Source: Squalus acanthias
Lineage: Eukaryota
Reading direction: 5' to 3'
DNA length: 64,000 nucleotides
Assembly (NCBI GenBank): GCA_030390025.1
Contig: CM059433.1
Location: 15,874,001 to 15,938,000, forward strand
Below are positions 33,725 to 47,164 of this stretch, piece by piece. The translations under genes and the position numbers were made by a program. The stretch's first letter is position 1. Each line of letters begins with the position of its first letter. Under the pieces are notes generated by a model. That model was not told the origin of the DNA, searched no databases, and saw nothing but the letters and a program-made list of their open reading frames with translations.

Positions 33725-36159
33725 GGTAATGCCGTTGAATGTCAAGGGGCGGTGGTTAGAATCTCACTTGTTGGAGATAGTCATTGCCTGGCACTTCTGT
33801 GGTGCGAATGTTACCTGCCACTTATCAGCCCAAGCCTGAACATCGTCCAGGTCTTGTTGCATGCAGGCATGGATTGCTTCATTATCTGAGGAGTTGTGAA
33901 TGGCACTGAACACTGTGCAGTCATCAGCGAACATCCCCATTTCTGACCTTATGTTGGAGGGAAGTTCATTGATGAAGCAGTTGAAGATGGTTGGGCCTAG
34001 GACACTGCCCTGAGGAACTCATGCAGCAATGTCCTGCAGCTGTGATGATTGACCTTCAATCACCACAACCATCTTCCTTTGTGCTAGGTATGACTCCAGC
34101 CAGTGGAGAGTTTTCCCCCTGACTCCAGTTTTACTAGGGCTCCTTCATGCCCTACTCAGTTAAATGCTGCCTTGATGTCAAGGGCAGTCACTCTCACCTC
34201 ACCTCTGAAATTCAGCACCTTTGTCCATGTTTGGACCAAGGCTGTAATGAGGTCAGGAGCCGAGTGGTCTTGGCGGAACCCAAAAACGGGCATCAGTGAG
34301 CAGGATATTGGTGAGTAAGTGCCGCTTGATGGCACCTTCCATCACTTTGCTGATGATTGAGAGTAGACTGATGGGGCGGTAATTGGCCGGATTGGATTTG
34401 TCCTGCTTTTTGTGGACAGGACATACCTGGGCAGTTTTCCACATTGTCGGATAGAAGCCAGTGTTGTAGCTGTACTGGAACAGCTTGGCTAGAGGCGCGG
34501 CTAGTTCTGGAGCACAAGTCTTCAGCACGATAGCCGGGATGTTGTCAGGGCCCATAGCCTTTGCTGTATCCAATGCGCTGAGCTGTTCCTTGATATCACG
34601 TGGAGTGAATCGAATTGGCTGAAGACTGGCTTCTGTGATGGTGGGGACCTCAGGAGGAGGCCGATATGGATCATCCACTCAGCACTTCTGGCTGACGATG
34701 GTTGCAAACGCTTCAGCCTTGTCTTTTGCACTCACGTGCTGGACTCCACCATCATTGAGGATGGGAATATTCATGGAGCCTCCTCCTCCCATTAGTTGTT
34801 TAATGGTCCACCACCATTCACGACTGGATGTGGCAGGACTGCAGAGCTTTGATCTGACCCGTTGATTGTGGGATCACTTAGCTGTGTCTATAGAATGCTG
34901 CTTCCGCTTTTTAGCATGCATGTAGTCCTGTGTTGCAGCTTCCCCAGGTTGACAACTCATTTTTAGGTACGCCTGGTGCTGTTCCTGGCATGCTCTTCTA
35001 CAATCCTTATTGAACCAGGGTTGGTCCCCTGGCTTGGTGGTAATGGCAGAGTGAGGGATATGCCAGGCCATGATGTTACAGATTGTGGTGGAATACAATT
35101 CTGCTGCTGCTGATGGCCCACAGCGCCTCATGAATACCCAGTTTAAAGCTGCTAGATCTGTTCTGAATCTATCCTATTTAACACGGTGGTAGTTGGAGGG
35201 TGTCCTCAGTGTGAAGACGGGACTTCGTCTCCACAATGACTGTGCGGTGGTCACTGCTACCAATACTGTCATGGACAGCTGCATCTGCGACAGGTAGATT
35301 GGTGAGGACGAGGTCAAGTAACTTTTTCCCTCATGTTGGTTCTCTCACCACCTGTCACATGCCCAGACTGGCAGTTATGTCCTTCAGGACTCGGCCAGTA
35401 GTGGTGCTACCGAGCCACTCTTGAAGTCCCCCACCCAGAGTACATTGTGTGCCCTTGCTACTCTCAGTGCTTCTTCCAAGTGGTGTTCAACATGGAGGAG
35501 TACTGATTCGTCAGCTGAGGGAGGGCGGTAGGTAGTAATCAGCAGGAGGTTTCCTTGCCCATACTTGACCTGAAGCCATGAGACTTCATGGGGTCCGGAG
35601 TCAATGTTGAGGACTCCCAGGGCCACTCCTTCCTGACTGTATATCACTGTGCCACCACCCCTGGTGGGTCTGTCCTGCCAGTGGGACAGGACATACCTAG
35701 GGATGGTGATGGAGGAGTCTGGGACATTGGCTGAAAGGTATGATTCTGTGAGTATGACTATGTCAGGCTGTTGCTTGACTAGTCTGTGGGACAGCTCTCC
35801 CAATTTTGGCACAAGTCCCCAGATGTTGGTGAGGAGGACTTTGCAGGGTTGACGGGGCTGGGTGTGCCGTTGCCGTGTCCGTAGCCGGTGCTGAGGTCGA
35901 TGCCGGGTGGTCCGTCCGGTTTCATTATTTTTCGTAGCAGTTAGTTACAACTGAGTGACTTGCTAGGCCATTTCAGAGTCAACCACATTGCTGTGGGTCT
36001 GGAGTCACCAGGTAAGGACGGCAGATTTCCTTCCCTAAAGGACATAAGTGAACCAGATGGGTTTTTACGACAATCCGATAGTTTCATGGTCACCATTACT
36101 GATACTAGTAATTATTCCAGATTTATTTAATTAACTGAATTTAAATTCCCCAGCTGCCG

Positions 36160-36247
36160 TGGTGGGATTTGAACTCATGTCTCTGGATCATTCGTCCAGG
36201 CCTCTGGATTACTGGCCCAGTGACATTACCACTACGCTACCATTCCC
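36160..36247 (-). promoter_or_regulatory. tRNA-derived Pol III-like internal promoter at the LINE 5' end
   Basis: Minus strand GGTAGCGTAGTGGTAA (box A) ... GAGTTCAAATCCC (box B). Confidence 0.65.
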
Positions 36248-37877
36248 TAGAGCCAGCACAGGCCCGATTGGCCGAATGGCCTCTTTCTGTGCTGTAAGAT
36301 TCTATCATGTAATAACACTATAAGCAATAAGACCAAAGTCTGAGTGATAAATGAGTGTCAGCGACATTGCTTTACAGTAGGGTGGGATTAGGGTGGATAG
36401 TTCTCTGTCGGCCGGCACGGACCGGATGGGCCGAATGGCCTCCTTCTGTGCTGTAAATTTCTATGATTCTATGATAGTCTGTTCACATAAAAGAAACCTT
36501 GGTAACATATTCTGTTTCTTCTCTTGATATCAAGTTGCTGGAATAACTTTAAGGTACCTTCAATTCAGGAGCACAGTGTTCTGCTGGTGACTATTAAGTT
36601 AACTTTCATTATCGATTCACACTCATGAAACATCACTTATGTAGGCAGTGAAATGATTAATTGTACTCTGAATAAATGCTGTTTTAAAACTACAAATTAC
36701 ATTAACTAAATTATTTCAATAAACCTCAAAAATATTTTAAGCAACTAAAATATTTTCTAATACAATGGTATCATATCGATGCAGCTGAAACGTTCCCATA
36801 AATTCACAGAGGAAATTTCGCCCTTTTCCTTTTTTTACTAATTGAGAAATGTGAATGAAGGCCCAGAACCCTTTCAGTAGGAAACCACTCAGGTCCAAAA
36901 TAGCAGGAGAGAAGACAAAGTTAAGCAAGAAGTAGTGGTTTAGATGACACACGCTTGTTGGTTTTTTTATAGAGCCGGTAGATTTAGGACAAAGGGAGGT
37001 GAAGATGTTTAGTGTCCTTTGGGGTGCTCCAGATTGGCTGCCGTAACTTTAGCGGAGGATTAGCAGTCACCCGGCATCAACCACATAAACAGGGTCTCCG
37101 CCAGTCTTCCACCGATGTTACAGTGGCTGGTCAGAAGAACCGCCGAGGAAGTCCCGTGCGAATGTGTCACAGTCGAAGGCCCCTAATTCTTTCTTATTAA
37201 TGCATAGTTTAGGAATTGTCCATTTTTTCTTTTCTCGGTGAGCGACAGTATTAATAGAAAATAGAAAGAAAAAAAAATCCAATTCCATGCAGTTTTTAAT
37301 TGGCATGCCTGGCCAGGAGTGAGCATTGAGCCAAATCCGCTTGGTTAAATCCGAATTAATTTCATTTCAGATGCATCTATCCGTGGAGCTACAGCGACAA
37401 TATCTTTTCCTTTGAGTTTATTATTTTAATTAATGTGTTCAATTGTCAGGAACGCGATTGCCGATAGCTCTGAAATAGGTGTGGATTGCACTCACTGGGG
37501 CCAATTTCAAGTGCCTCAACCAAGCAGTGGGCTGAGAATGGCGTCAGGTCATTTGCCACCCTGTTTATGCGAGCCTATGACGTGCACAGGGCCCGGATTG
37601 TAAATTTTCATGAGTGTGCACAACGTAGCCTCTGCCAATTTGAGCCCTTAAATGGACCGCTGGGGGGGACTCAGAAAACGACCAACTTTTTTTAAGAACT
37701 TTTATTTATGTGGGAGTAGGTGGCAAAGGCTCCGGCTGTCAAATGGCTCCACTTAGGAGGGGGACGATTTCTCACCCTCCCCAAATGGCAAGCTGCCTCG
37801 GACTGCTGGTTTGGTGCCTGCAGCTTGCTAATTGCTTGTAACTGAGGCCCAGGCCTTAAAATGGCTCAGAGGTACTA

Positions 37878-38645
37878 GAAACATAGAAACATAGAAGATA
37901 GGAGCAGGAGTAGGCCATTCGGCCCCTTGAGCCTGCTCCGCCATTTAATGAGGTCATGGCTGATCATCCAAATTCAGTACCCTGTCCCTGCTTTCTCCCC
38001 ATATCCCTTGATCCCTTTAGCCTTAAGAAATATATCTAACTCCTTCTTGAATATATTTAATGAATTGGCCTCAACTGCCTTCTGTGGTAGAGAATTCCAC
38101 AGGTTCACCACTCTCTGGGTGAAGAAATTCCTCCTCATCTCAGTCCTAAATGGCTTACCCCTTATCCTTAGACTGTGACCCCTGGTTCTGGACTCACCCG
38201 CCATCGGGAACATCCTTCCTGCATCTAGTCTGTCTAGTCCTGTTAGAATTTTATAAGTTTCAATGAGATCCCCTCTCATTCTTCTAAACTCTAGCAAATA
38301 TAAGCCTAATCGACCCAATCTCTCTTCATACATCATCCCTGCCATCCCAGCTATCAGCCTGGTGAATCTTCGCTGCACTCCCTCCATGGCAAGAACATCC
38401 TTCCTCAGATAAGGCGACCAAAACTGCACACAATACTCAAGGTGTGGTCTCACCAAGGCCCTGTACAACTGCAGCAAGACATCCCTGCTCCTGTACTCGA
38501 ATCCTCTCGCTATGAAGGCCAACATACTATTTGCCTGCATGCTTACCTTCGGCGACTGGTGCACAAGGACACCCAGGTCTCGTTGCACCTCTCCTTTTCC
38601 CAATCTATTGCCGTTCAGATAATAATCTGCCTTCCTGTTTTTGCC
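37878..38645 (-). mobile_element. CR1 LINE 3' fragment
   Basis: ORF 37974-38603 is nearly the same peptide as 20975-21784, with a (GAAACATA)n tail. Confidence 0.9.
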
Positions 38646-38769
38646 TGTGATGAATAGCTCATCTCCTAACCTCTCAAAGCCTACCCTTATGGCATCAATT
38701 AAATAAACTGCTATGTCCTGTCACCAGGCTCAATATCCTGGGATATAAGGATATCAAAATCAACACAAA

Positions 38770-40600
38770 GAATTTTTACAATTATATTCGGAAAAAGAGG
38801 GTAGTCAGGAGCAATGTTGGCCCCTTAAAAACTGAAAGTGGTGATTTTGTCAATGATAATAAGGAAATGGCGGACATGTTGAATGATTACTTTGCGTCAG
38901 TATTTACAGTAGAGGAAGTGGATAGCCTACTAGAAATCCCAAGGAAATTAATACTGAATCAGGGACAGGGACTCAATAAAATTAACGTAAGTAAAATAAC
39001 AATAATGAAGAAAATAATGGCACTAAAGAGTGACAAATCCCCAGGGCCAGATGGTTTCCAACCCAGGGTTTAAAGGAAGTAGGTGAGCACATTGCAGATG
39101 CCATAACTATAATCTTCCAAAGTTCTCTCAAGTCAGGAACCATTCCTTTAGATTGGAAAATTGTGATGTCACTCCGCTATATAAGAATGGCAAAAGAGGG
39201 AAACCAAGGTATTATAGACCAGTTAGCCTAATATCTGTTGTTGGGAAATTGCTGGAGTCTATAATTAAGGATAGGGTGACTGAACACCTCAAAAATTTTC
39301 AGTTGATCAGAGAGAGCCAGCATGGATTTGTGAAAGGTAGGTCATAGCTGACAAACCTGATTGAATTTTTTGAGGAGGTGACTAAAGTAGTGGACAGGGG
39401 AATGTCTATGGATGTTATTTATAAGGACTTTCTAGAAGGCATTTGATAAAAGTCCCACATAAGAGACTGTTAAAAGCTATCAATCTCAGATTTAAAATTA
39501 ACAATTGATCTGAAGTCGAAGCCCACGGAATTGAGGGCAAATTATTGACCTGGTTAGGAAATTGACTAAGCGGCAGAGACAGGCAGTCGGGATAATGGGT
39601 AGGTACTCAAATTGGCAGGATGTGACTAGTGGTGTCCCGCAGGGATCTGTGTTGTGGCCTCAACTATTCACAGTATTTATTAACGACTTAGATGATGGCA
39701 TAGAAAGTCATATATCCAAATTTGCCGATGACACAAAGAGAGGCAGGCAGTGTAGATGAAAGCATAAAATTACAAAGAACTGTGGCATATGGATTTCAAT
39801 GTAGGCAAATATGAGGTCATCCACTTTGGACCTAAAAAGGATAGAACAGGGTACTTTCTCAATGGTAAAAAGCTAAAAGCAGTGGAGGTCCATCGAGACT
39901 TGGGGGTCCAGGTACATAGATCATTAAAATGTCATGAACAGGTACAGAAAATAATTTAAAAAGGCTAATGGGATGCTGGCCTTTATATCTAGAGGACTAG
40001 AATACAAGGGGGTAGAAGTTATGTTGCAGCTATACAAAGCCCTGGTTAGACCACACCCGGAGTACTGTGAGCAGTTCTGGGCACCACACCTTAGGAAGGA
40101 TATATTGGCCTTGGAGGGAGAGCAGCGTAGGTTTACCAGAATGATACCCGGACTTCAAGTGTTATGTTACGAGGAGAGATTACACAAATTAGGGTTGTAT
40201 TCTCTAGAATTTAAAAGGTTAAGGGGTGATCTGATCGAAGTTTTCAAGATATTAAGGGGAACAGATAGGGTAGATAGAGAGAAACTATTTCCACTGGTTG
40301 GGGAGTCTAGGACTAGGGGGCATAGCCTAAAAATTAGAGCCAGACCTTTCAGGAGTGAAATTAGGAAACACTTCCACACACAAAGGGTGGTAGAAGTTTG
40401 GAACTCTCTTCCACAAACAGCAATTGATGCTAGATCAATTGTTAATTTGAAATCTGAGATTGATAGCTTTTTGTTAACTAAAGGTATTAAGGGATATGGG
40501 CCAAAGGCGGGTATATGGAGTTAGGTCACAGATCAGCCATGATCTCATTGAATGACAGAACAGGCTTGCGGGGCTGAATGGCCTCCTCCTGTTCCTATTT
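38770..40600 (+). mobile_element. Older CR1 LINE fragment (third subfamily) with multiple stops and frameshifts
   Basis: [32 protein letters not shown] and LYKALVRPH motifs across broken ORFs. Confidence 0.88.
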
Positions 40601-41022
40601 TCCTATCCACCCCTTCCATTCCCTGCGAATGGTGGCTGCAATGTGCATGATCTACAGAATGTACTGCAGCAACTCACAAAGGTTACTTCAACGGCGCCTC
40701 CTTCCCCTACGATTTCTGTCACCAAGAAGGACAAAAGCAATAGAGTCATGGAAGGACCATCGCCTCCAGGTTCCCCTCCAACTCACACACCATCCTGACT
40801 TGGACATATATCACCGTTCCTTCATCGTAGCTTCTCAATATCCTGGAATTAATTACCTAACATTATCACCACAAGCACTGTAATGGTTTAAGGAGAAGGT
40901 CATCCACCACCATTTCTCAAGGCAACTAGAAAAGAACAGTAAATGTGGCCTTGCCAATGTTACCCACATTCCAAGAACAAATTTAAAAAATGCTAACTAA
41001 CAGAACATGGATTCAAACTTCA

Positions 41023-42804
41023 TGGCCAGAATTTTACCGGTGCTCAGAGTGCAGGTTTAGAGGCGGGTCTGCTGTCAAAATCACAAAAATTGACAGCGGG
41101 TCAGTATCCCGCTGTAAACCCACCTCCTTGTCAGTTTCTCAAGTGTCGGGTCTGTCATCCCAGAAAAGACCCGACACCAAGCGGCGAGTCAGCCAATTTA
41201 GATACTTAAAAGCTTGTTAAAAGGTAGTTAAGAACCATTTTCCCATGTAGCATTTTAACAGGTTTTTAATGAGGTTCCCGGAGAGCAGGTATCACGTCAG
41301 GTAAGGAGGTCAGGTGTTGTGTCAGTATGGAATGTTTTACTAACCTGACAGCTGCAAATGGTCTATGAAAGCTCCCATTTCATAGGTCTTTACTTTCCAA
41401 GGTTAGAAGCTGTTGCTTACTGCATTTGGAAGACACATTGAGCTTTATGCAGCTTGCAAGTATTTGGAGCAAACTCTCTATCCACTGTCACCTCATTGGA
41501 ACAACCTCTCCCACCAGTGACAGATCGCTTCTGTCATCTCAAGTTCACCTGCCATCTATTCCAGCAGCATCGGTGCCCTTGAAAAAATCTCACCTTGGTC
41601 CTCAGAATCCCACCACGATCAGCCACAACACCAGCATCACCAGGCACACAAGCAGCACCAACATCAACACCAAACTTCTCTGCAATCAACTGATGCTGCA
41701 CAGGACATAGGGCATCATCACCCATGCACATTGCTGCCCGGGACACCAGCGATGGCCTCACCATGGCCAGATTTACTTCACTTGACTCTGTACACCCCGG
41801 CTGCCACTTGATGCTCCAGGTTGACACCACCACACACCAGCACCATAAAGCATCCCTACAATGCCCAAGCTATTCCTTTCACACTCATCACCATTGGGGG
41901 GGCAGGGGTGGGGGGGGACCTTATGTCTCACCATTCACTGGAACTCACTAAGACACTTCCAAAGTTGCACACAAATCTGTCCAAGAAGGCAAAGTGTTGA
42001 AAATAAAGATTTCAATGCTTGACAACACATTAACAGAAACTTTACACGAGCATTGGCTAAAGCACCCAAGTGCCTACCCTTGTGTGTTGTTAGTTGGTAT
42101 GATTGGTCTAGGATGAGGGTGAATGTGAGGGGTGGCTAGTGAGATGGGGAAGTGATAATGTAAATAGAGAGGGATGGGTGGAGGCGTAATGTAAGTTGGT
42201 GTGAGTAAGGATGTGCAGGAGTAGGGTAGGGAAGGCAGAGTTATGGGGATGTGATGAGTGGCACAGCAGGATGAAGTTGAGTGTGGCTTTGCAATAACGT
42301 TTCGTGATCTACTGAGATCATTGAAAGGTTTGCGCCACTGCAGCCTGGTCCTCCTGATGACATCCCTGCTTGTGCCCTCCTGTGCAATGTGCAACCGGGC
42401 TGTGTTGGTGTCCTGGGGAGGTCTCTTCCGCTCATGGGAAGGGAAGAGAACCTCCCTGCGTGCTGTGACACCCTCCATAAGCAAATGGAGGGAGTCATGG
42501 GAGAGCCTGGGTGCAGCCGTGCACCTCTGTGCAGTGCTTGCCAGTGTTTGCAGCACCTCAATGCTGCAGAACACTGACAGCACAACTGTCAAAAATGATT
42601 GTGGATATGGTCCCTTTAAGGAAACCGGCTGATGACGTGTCATCAAATTACATCATCAGACCCGCTTCCAATTAATTGGCCAGGAACCTCGCAGGGCGGG
42701 CTTAACACAGCCCATCAACGGAAAATCTTGTTGGAGGCCGGGATCGAGACAGATGCGGGGTCCCCACTTGCCACGGACCCGCCGATGTTGGAAAAATCCA
42801 GCCC
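41023..42804. mobile_element. Internally deleted PIF/Harbinger transposon
   Basis: Degenerate TIRs (GGCCAGAATTTTACC / GGAAAAATCCAGCCC), a Myb/SANT-like remnant on the minus strand, and a possible transposase C-terminal remnant (HIAARDTSDGLTMARF) on the plus strand. Confidence 0.7.
42290..42540 (-). pseudogene. Harbinger Myb/SANT-like DNA-binding domain remnant
   Basis: AAPRLSHDSLHLLMEGVTARREVLFP...IAQEGTSRDVIRRTRLQWRKPFNDLSRS fits the trihelix Myb/SANT pattern of Harbinger ORF1. Confidence 0.7.
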
Positions 42805-43603
42805 TATATGTGGCTCCTGAGGCTTCATTTTATACACCTACACAGCCTACAAAGACAAATGATTGGACAATCCTGATCTAAGTAATCAAGGCCTGGGTGT
42901 AGCCAAGCGTGTACACGTCTGATTCTGTTGGCCTAGTGGAGCTCCTGAAGAAGTAAGCTTGCATTGCTAGGACTGGGCTTTAGCTTTGCAAAAGTATAAT
43001 TTCGGTGGCCTTTAAAGCTGTAATCTGAAGAGTTACACCCATTGTTTACATAGTCTGAGTTTGTAATATCTCATCAGTTACACACTATTTTGGCCTGGCT
43101 GGTAAAATTGGTGAAATGATTCCACCAACGGTAGTTAATAGACTACACAAGAACATAAACATAAAAGGACATTTGACCCAACAAACCTAACCTTTTTTAA
43201 CAGACTAAATATAAGAAGCATAAAACTACATAATGGGATATAAATTAAATATTAAGCTTGTAGGAGACAAAGGCCCTCAAACTATGCTGTGGGATACTGG
43301 TAATCAACACTTATGTTTGCCTGAAATTTCTCTTTACATTGTTTTAGCAGAGGTGCTAACCCATGTTAAATAAATAGGTCAATATCTTCACTAAAGTAGC
43401 AAAGGAACTTTAGATGAGAGTGTTCATACACTGGAACCTCATGATGTAATCTTATGGCCAAAAGCCTTTATAATGACTGAGAGGTATTTCAAACGTAACG
43501 TTTGGAAATAGGTGTTGGTTACTCTCAGTAACCTCGAGATATAATGGTTTATTAATCCAGCCACCTATGTACCTGTAATAGCATCAGGAAAATACAAAAC
43601 AAT

Positions 43604-43787
43604 GGAGCAGATTTTTGCCTTCACTGCTTGGGTGGTGTCTGGTGGAATGGATTGCCTGTTCTTTATAGAACACACCCAATTATTATTGTATTGATTTCAG
43701 TGGAATGCAAATCAGTTGGATTCTACAAAGGGTGGGCAATCCGCTTTGCCACATACCACTCAAGCACTGAAGGCAAAAATCTACCCC
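43604..43787. mobile_element. Palindromic hairpin MITE
   Basis: AGATTTTTGCCTTCACTGCTTGGGTGGT pairs with ACCACTCAAGCACTGAAGGCAAAAATCT. AAT TSD at 43601-43603/43788-43790. Confidence 0.75.
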
Positions 43788-44074
43788 AATGAGACAAATA
43801 TGCCAGACAAGTGGCCAACTCCTGAGGTTTTCACTGGGGGAATCACAAAGCCATTACCGTGATACCAAAGCAGTGAGCTATCCTGAGAGGAATGGGGCTC
43901 GGCAATTTTATAGGCTGCAGTGGTAGATTTTGACTGAAATCCTACAGCAGAGCTTGCAATTTAATTTCACATACGAGCCAGTTGCCCCCCCGCCCAACTG
44001 CTCTCCATTTCACTGAGCTCTAGCTCTTTCTAGCTGCACAGGTTTCAAAACAATACAACAAAATTATACTGTTT

Positions 44075-44910
44075 ACAACAACAACAAGAACTTGTATTTA
44101 TATAGCGCCTTTAACGTAGTAAAATGTCCCAAGGCGCTTCACAGGGGTATTTTAAGACAACAAATTTGACACCGATCCACATAAGGATAAATTAGGGTTT
44201 GGTCAAAGAGGTAGGTTTTAAGGAGCGTCTTAAAGGAGGAAAAGAGGTAGCGAGACGGAGAGATTTAGGGAGGGAATTCCAGAGCTTAGGGCCAAGGCAA
44301 CAGAAGGCACGACCACCAAAGGTTGAACGATTATAATCAGGGATGCTCAAGAGGGCAGAATTAGAGGAGCACAGATATCTCGGGGGCTTGTGGGGCTGAA
44401 GAAGATTACAGAGATAGGAAGGGGCGAGGCCATGGAGGGATTTGAAAACAAGGATGAGAATTTTGAAGTCGAGGCGCTGCTTTACCGGGAGCCAATGTAG
44501 GTCAGCGAGCACAGGGGTGATGGGCAAACGGGACTTGGTGCGAGTTAGGACACGGGCAGCCGAGTTTTGGATGACCTCAGGTTTACGTAGGGTGGAATGT
44601 GGGAGGCCAGCCAGGAGTGCAGTGGAATAGTCACGTCTAGAGGTAACAAAGGCGCAGATGAGGGTTTCAGCAGCAGATGAGCTGAGGCAGGGGCGGAGAC
44701 GGGCGCTGTTACGGAGGTGGAAGTAGGCGGTCTTTGTTATACTGCGGATATGTGGTCGGAAGCTCATTTCAGGGTCAAATATGACACCAAGGGTGCGAAC
44801 AGCATGGTTCAGCCTCAGACAAATGTTAGGGAGAGGGATGGAGTCAGTGACTAGGGAACGGAGTTTGTGGTTAGGACCGAAACCAATGGCTTCGGTCTTC
44901 CCAATATTAC
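44075..44910 (-). mobile_element. L2-like LINE 3' fragment
   Basis: ORF 44192-44767 AYFHLRN..AFVTSRRDY..IQNSAARVL..LHWLPV and an (AAC)n tail. Confidence 0.88.
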
Positions 44911-45120
44911 AGTGTTAGGCGGCAGCTGAATCATGTCATTTTAACTCCTCTTTGGTACTATAAATGAGGTATCAACCTCGGACAATGTCGTGCACAATTT
45001 TAGACTCTTTCCTGATCACTGCCTGCATTTTTGCTGGATTTTCCAATCATTTATATATTTGATCCCTGTATGCAGCCCTCCTCCAAATGAAAACAGCTCC
45101 TGGTGAACTTGTAAGACATA

Positions 45121-45798
45121 GGGGGAAAATTCGTTTGATTTGCGCCTCGTTAGCACTCTAACGGGGCGCAAAGCAACTAGCGCCCGGGCGCGGCGCCGCT
45201 AATGCCTCTCGCGAAATTCAGCGGGAGGTTAACGGCAGCAGTAACTGTTAGCGCCCCGCGGCGCTGCGCCTCCAGCGATGACATCATCGTCGTGCGCAGC
45301 GCCCCGGCTGCAATCTTCGGTAGCGCCCCCTGACTTACCACCGGACGCTATGTCCGACAGGGTCAGGGGGGCGTATGTGCGGCCGGGGAGGCACAAATTA
45401 AAGGGGAGGTGCAGGGCGGCCATTTTTGTTGCTGGCCGCCTGCCAGCACCTGCCCCCGTTGCGGTCCCCGGCTTCCTGTGAAGCCCCCCCGCGGGGTGCT
45501 GGCTGCGCTCCGTGAGCCCGGCACTCCTCTTGGGCACTCCGATCCCTGGTGGCCCAGCTGGGCCCCTGGTTGCACTGCGCTAGGCCCCTCCCCTTTAATA
45601 AGGGGAGGAAGGCCTGCAGTACCGCGGCACGCAGCGCCACGATATTTACTCACAGCGCCTCAAGAGGGAGGGGGAGCACTTCCCTCTTGGGGTGCTACCA
45701 GTGAATTTCGGGTGTGGGGCGCTAACTTTTTCGGGGTGCTAAAAGTAGTGCCCCGACTAAGTTAGCGCCCCAAAGGGGGCGCGACCCAATTTTACCAC
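45121..45798. mobile_element. GC-rich MITE related to 18532-19427
   Basis: Terminus GGGGGAAAATTCG, shared subterminal GGGGCGCAAAGCAACTAGCGCC and a degenerate other end. Confidence 0.6.
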
Positions 45799-45910
45799 GA
45801 TGAACGTAGGTTAAAAGTAGCTTGGTGTGCAGTGCAAATTATGCTTTTTAAACACTTTTGTAAATATTTACTTACATTTCCAGGAAAACGAAACAACCCT
45901 TCTTCAACAA

Positions 45911-46085
45911 ATAAAAACAGAAAATGCTGGAAATACACAGCAGGTCAGACAGCAGCCCCTGATCTGATGAAGGATTTACACTGGAAAGACTAACTCATCT
46001 TTTCTCTTTACAGATACTGATGACCTGCTGTATATTTCCAGAATTTTCTGTTTTGATTTTAGATTTCCAATATTTGCAATTTTAT
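45911..46085. mobile_element. Penelope pseudo-LTR fragment with an inverted partial copy
   Basis: AAAACAGAAAATGCTGGAAATACACAGCAGGTCA is inverted against TGACCTGCTGTATATTTCCAGAATTTTCTGTTTT, with a decayed CTGATGA..GAAA core between them. Confidence 0.6.
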
Positions 46086-47164
46086 TTTTTTATTTGGCCT
46101 TTTTTTCTGTCGATCCCCCGCAAAAAAAAATTCTGAAGTGTAAAAAGAACTCTTCCTGCGTCTCTACTCGCCAGACCTGACCGGTCTGATGTTTCAGCAA
46201 CTTGCATTTGCGTCATAAGGACATTCCCTTTGAGCACATCATTCACATCCTGAGGCGTGTTTCTTTCAAATATAATGATTGAGAGGAATTCTTCATCCCC
46301 TGCTACTGAGAAAGAATTCTCCACCCACAACTAGCATTCAGTGCAGACAAGGAATGATTGGATCGCCCAGTTGATTGATTCAGAATCAAAGCTGCAATGG
46401 TCTCTACACACCAGGGGAAACACTCGAAATATTAAGTAGATGGCTTATTGGTAGAGTTTGGATGAATGGCCCATGTTTCCTATATTATGCTTGGATTATA
46501 CAAGAAAATATGTGTTTACGGACTAAACACATCTGATTTGTTTTACTTATCTCCGAAGTAAGAGAAGATTCTCTTGATTAGATCAACTGCCTTCCTTAAT
46601 ATTGATTTTTATTGCGAAGTAGTAGCAGTGGATTAATTTGTTGGTGTGTGGTGCATTAGAAGGGAATAACTTTTTGTGACACAAACAGGCCTATCATTAA
46701 TTTCAGCTCCTCAGAGAGAAAAAGCAGATAATATACAATCAATATTATGTAACAACATATAAGAAAGACCGCGAGGGAGAATTTCAAGCGATGGGGAGCG
46801 CCATTTTTATGCAAAGGGGAAATTTGCAGCCACTAAAGGCCTAGGGAGGAACCTACACAAGAGTTTTCTGGATCAGATCATTTGCACATCCATTGGAGTA
46901 GTGATTGGTGTAAATGCCATGTAAAATGGGTGTAGATCGGTTGGGAGTTCATGGAAATTAGAGTGCAGCCTTTACAACTTCAGAGTCATTGCTGAAGACT
47001 GCAGCAGTAGGCTGGGGAAACAGCAGCTAAGTAAGGAGCAATGCTTGCCTCACTAACTTGACGATCATCTAGCTTGTATTGGAAATCATCTTGTGCCACT
47101 TTTCAAGAAGGTCTACTATAGGAGCAACTGGCTCATGCTGCCAAATAAGGCAGCACGGCATTGC

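Larger units (their letters stand above)
31613..36247 (-). mobile_element. Near full-length single-ORF APE-RT LINE (family A) with tRNA-like 5' head, interrupted by a solo LTR
   Basis: APE N-terminus VLLTNIWGL..PDIVILTES..YRPP..VGDF (35384-35830), RT fragments at 33725-35131, 3' end at 31613-32315. Frameshifted throughout. Confidence 0.85.

Noticed and set aside
36160..36247. Genuine tRNA gene
   Set aside because: It has A/B boxes but no convincing cloverleaf, and it is attached to a retroposon body.
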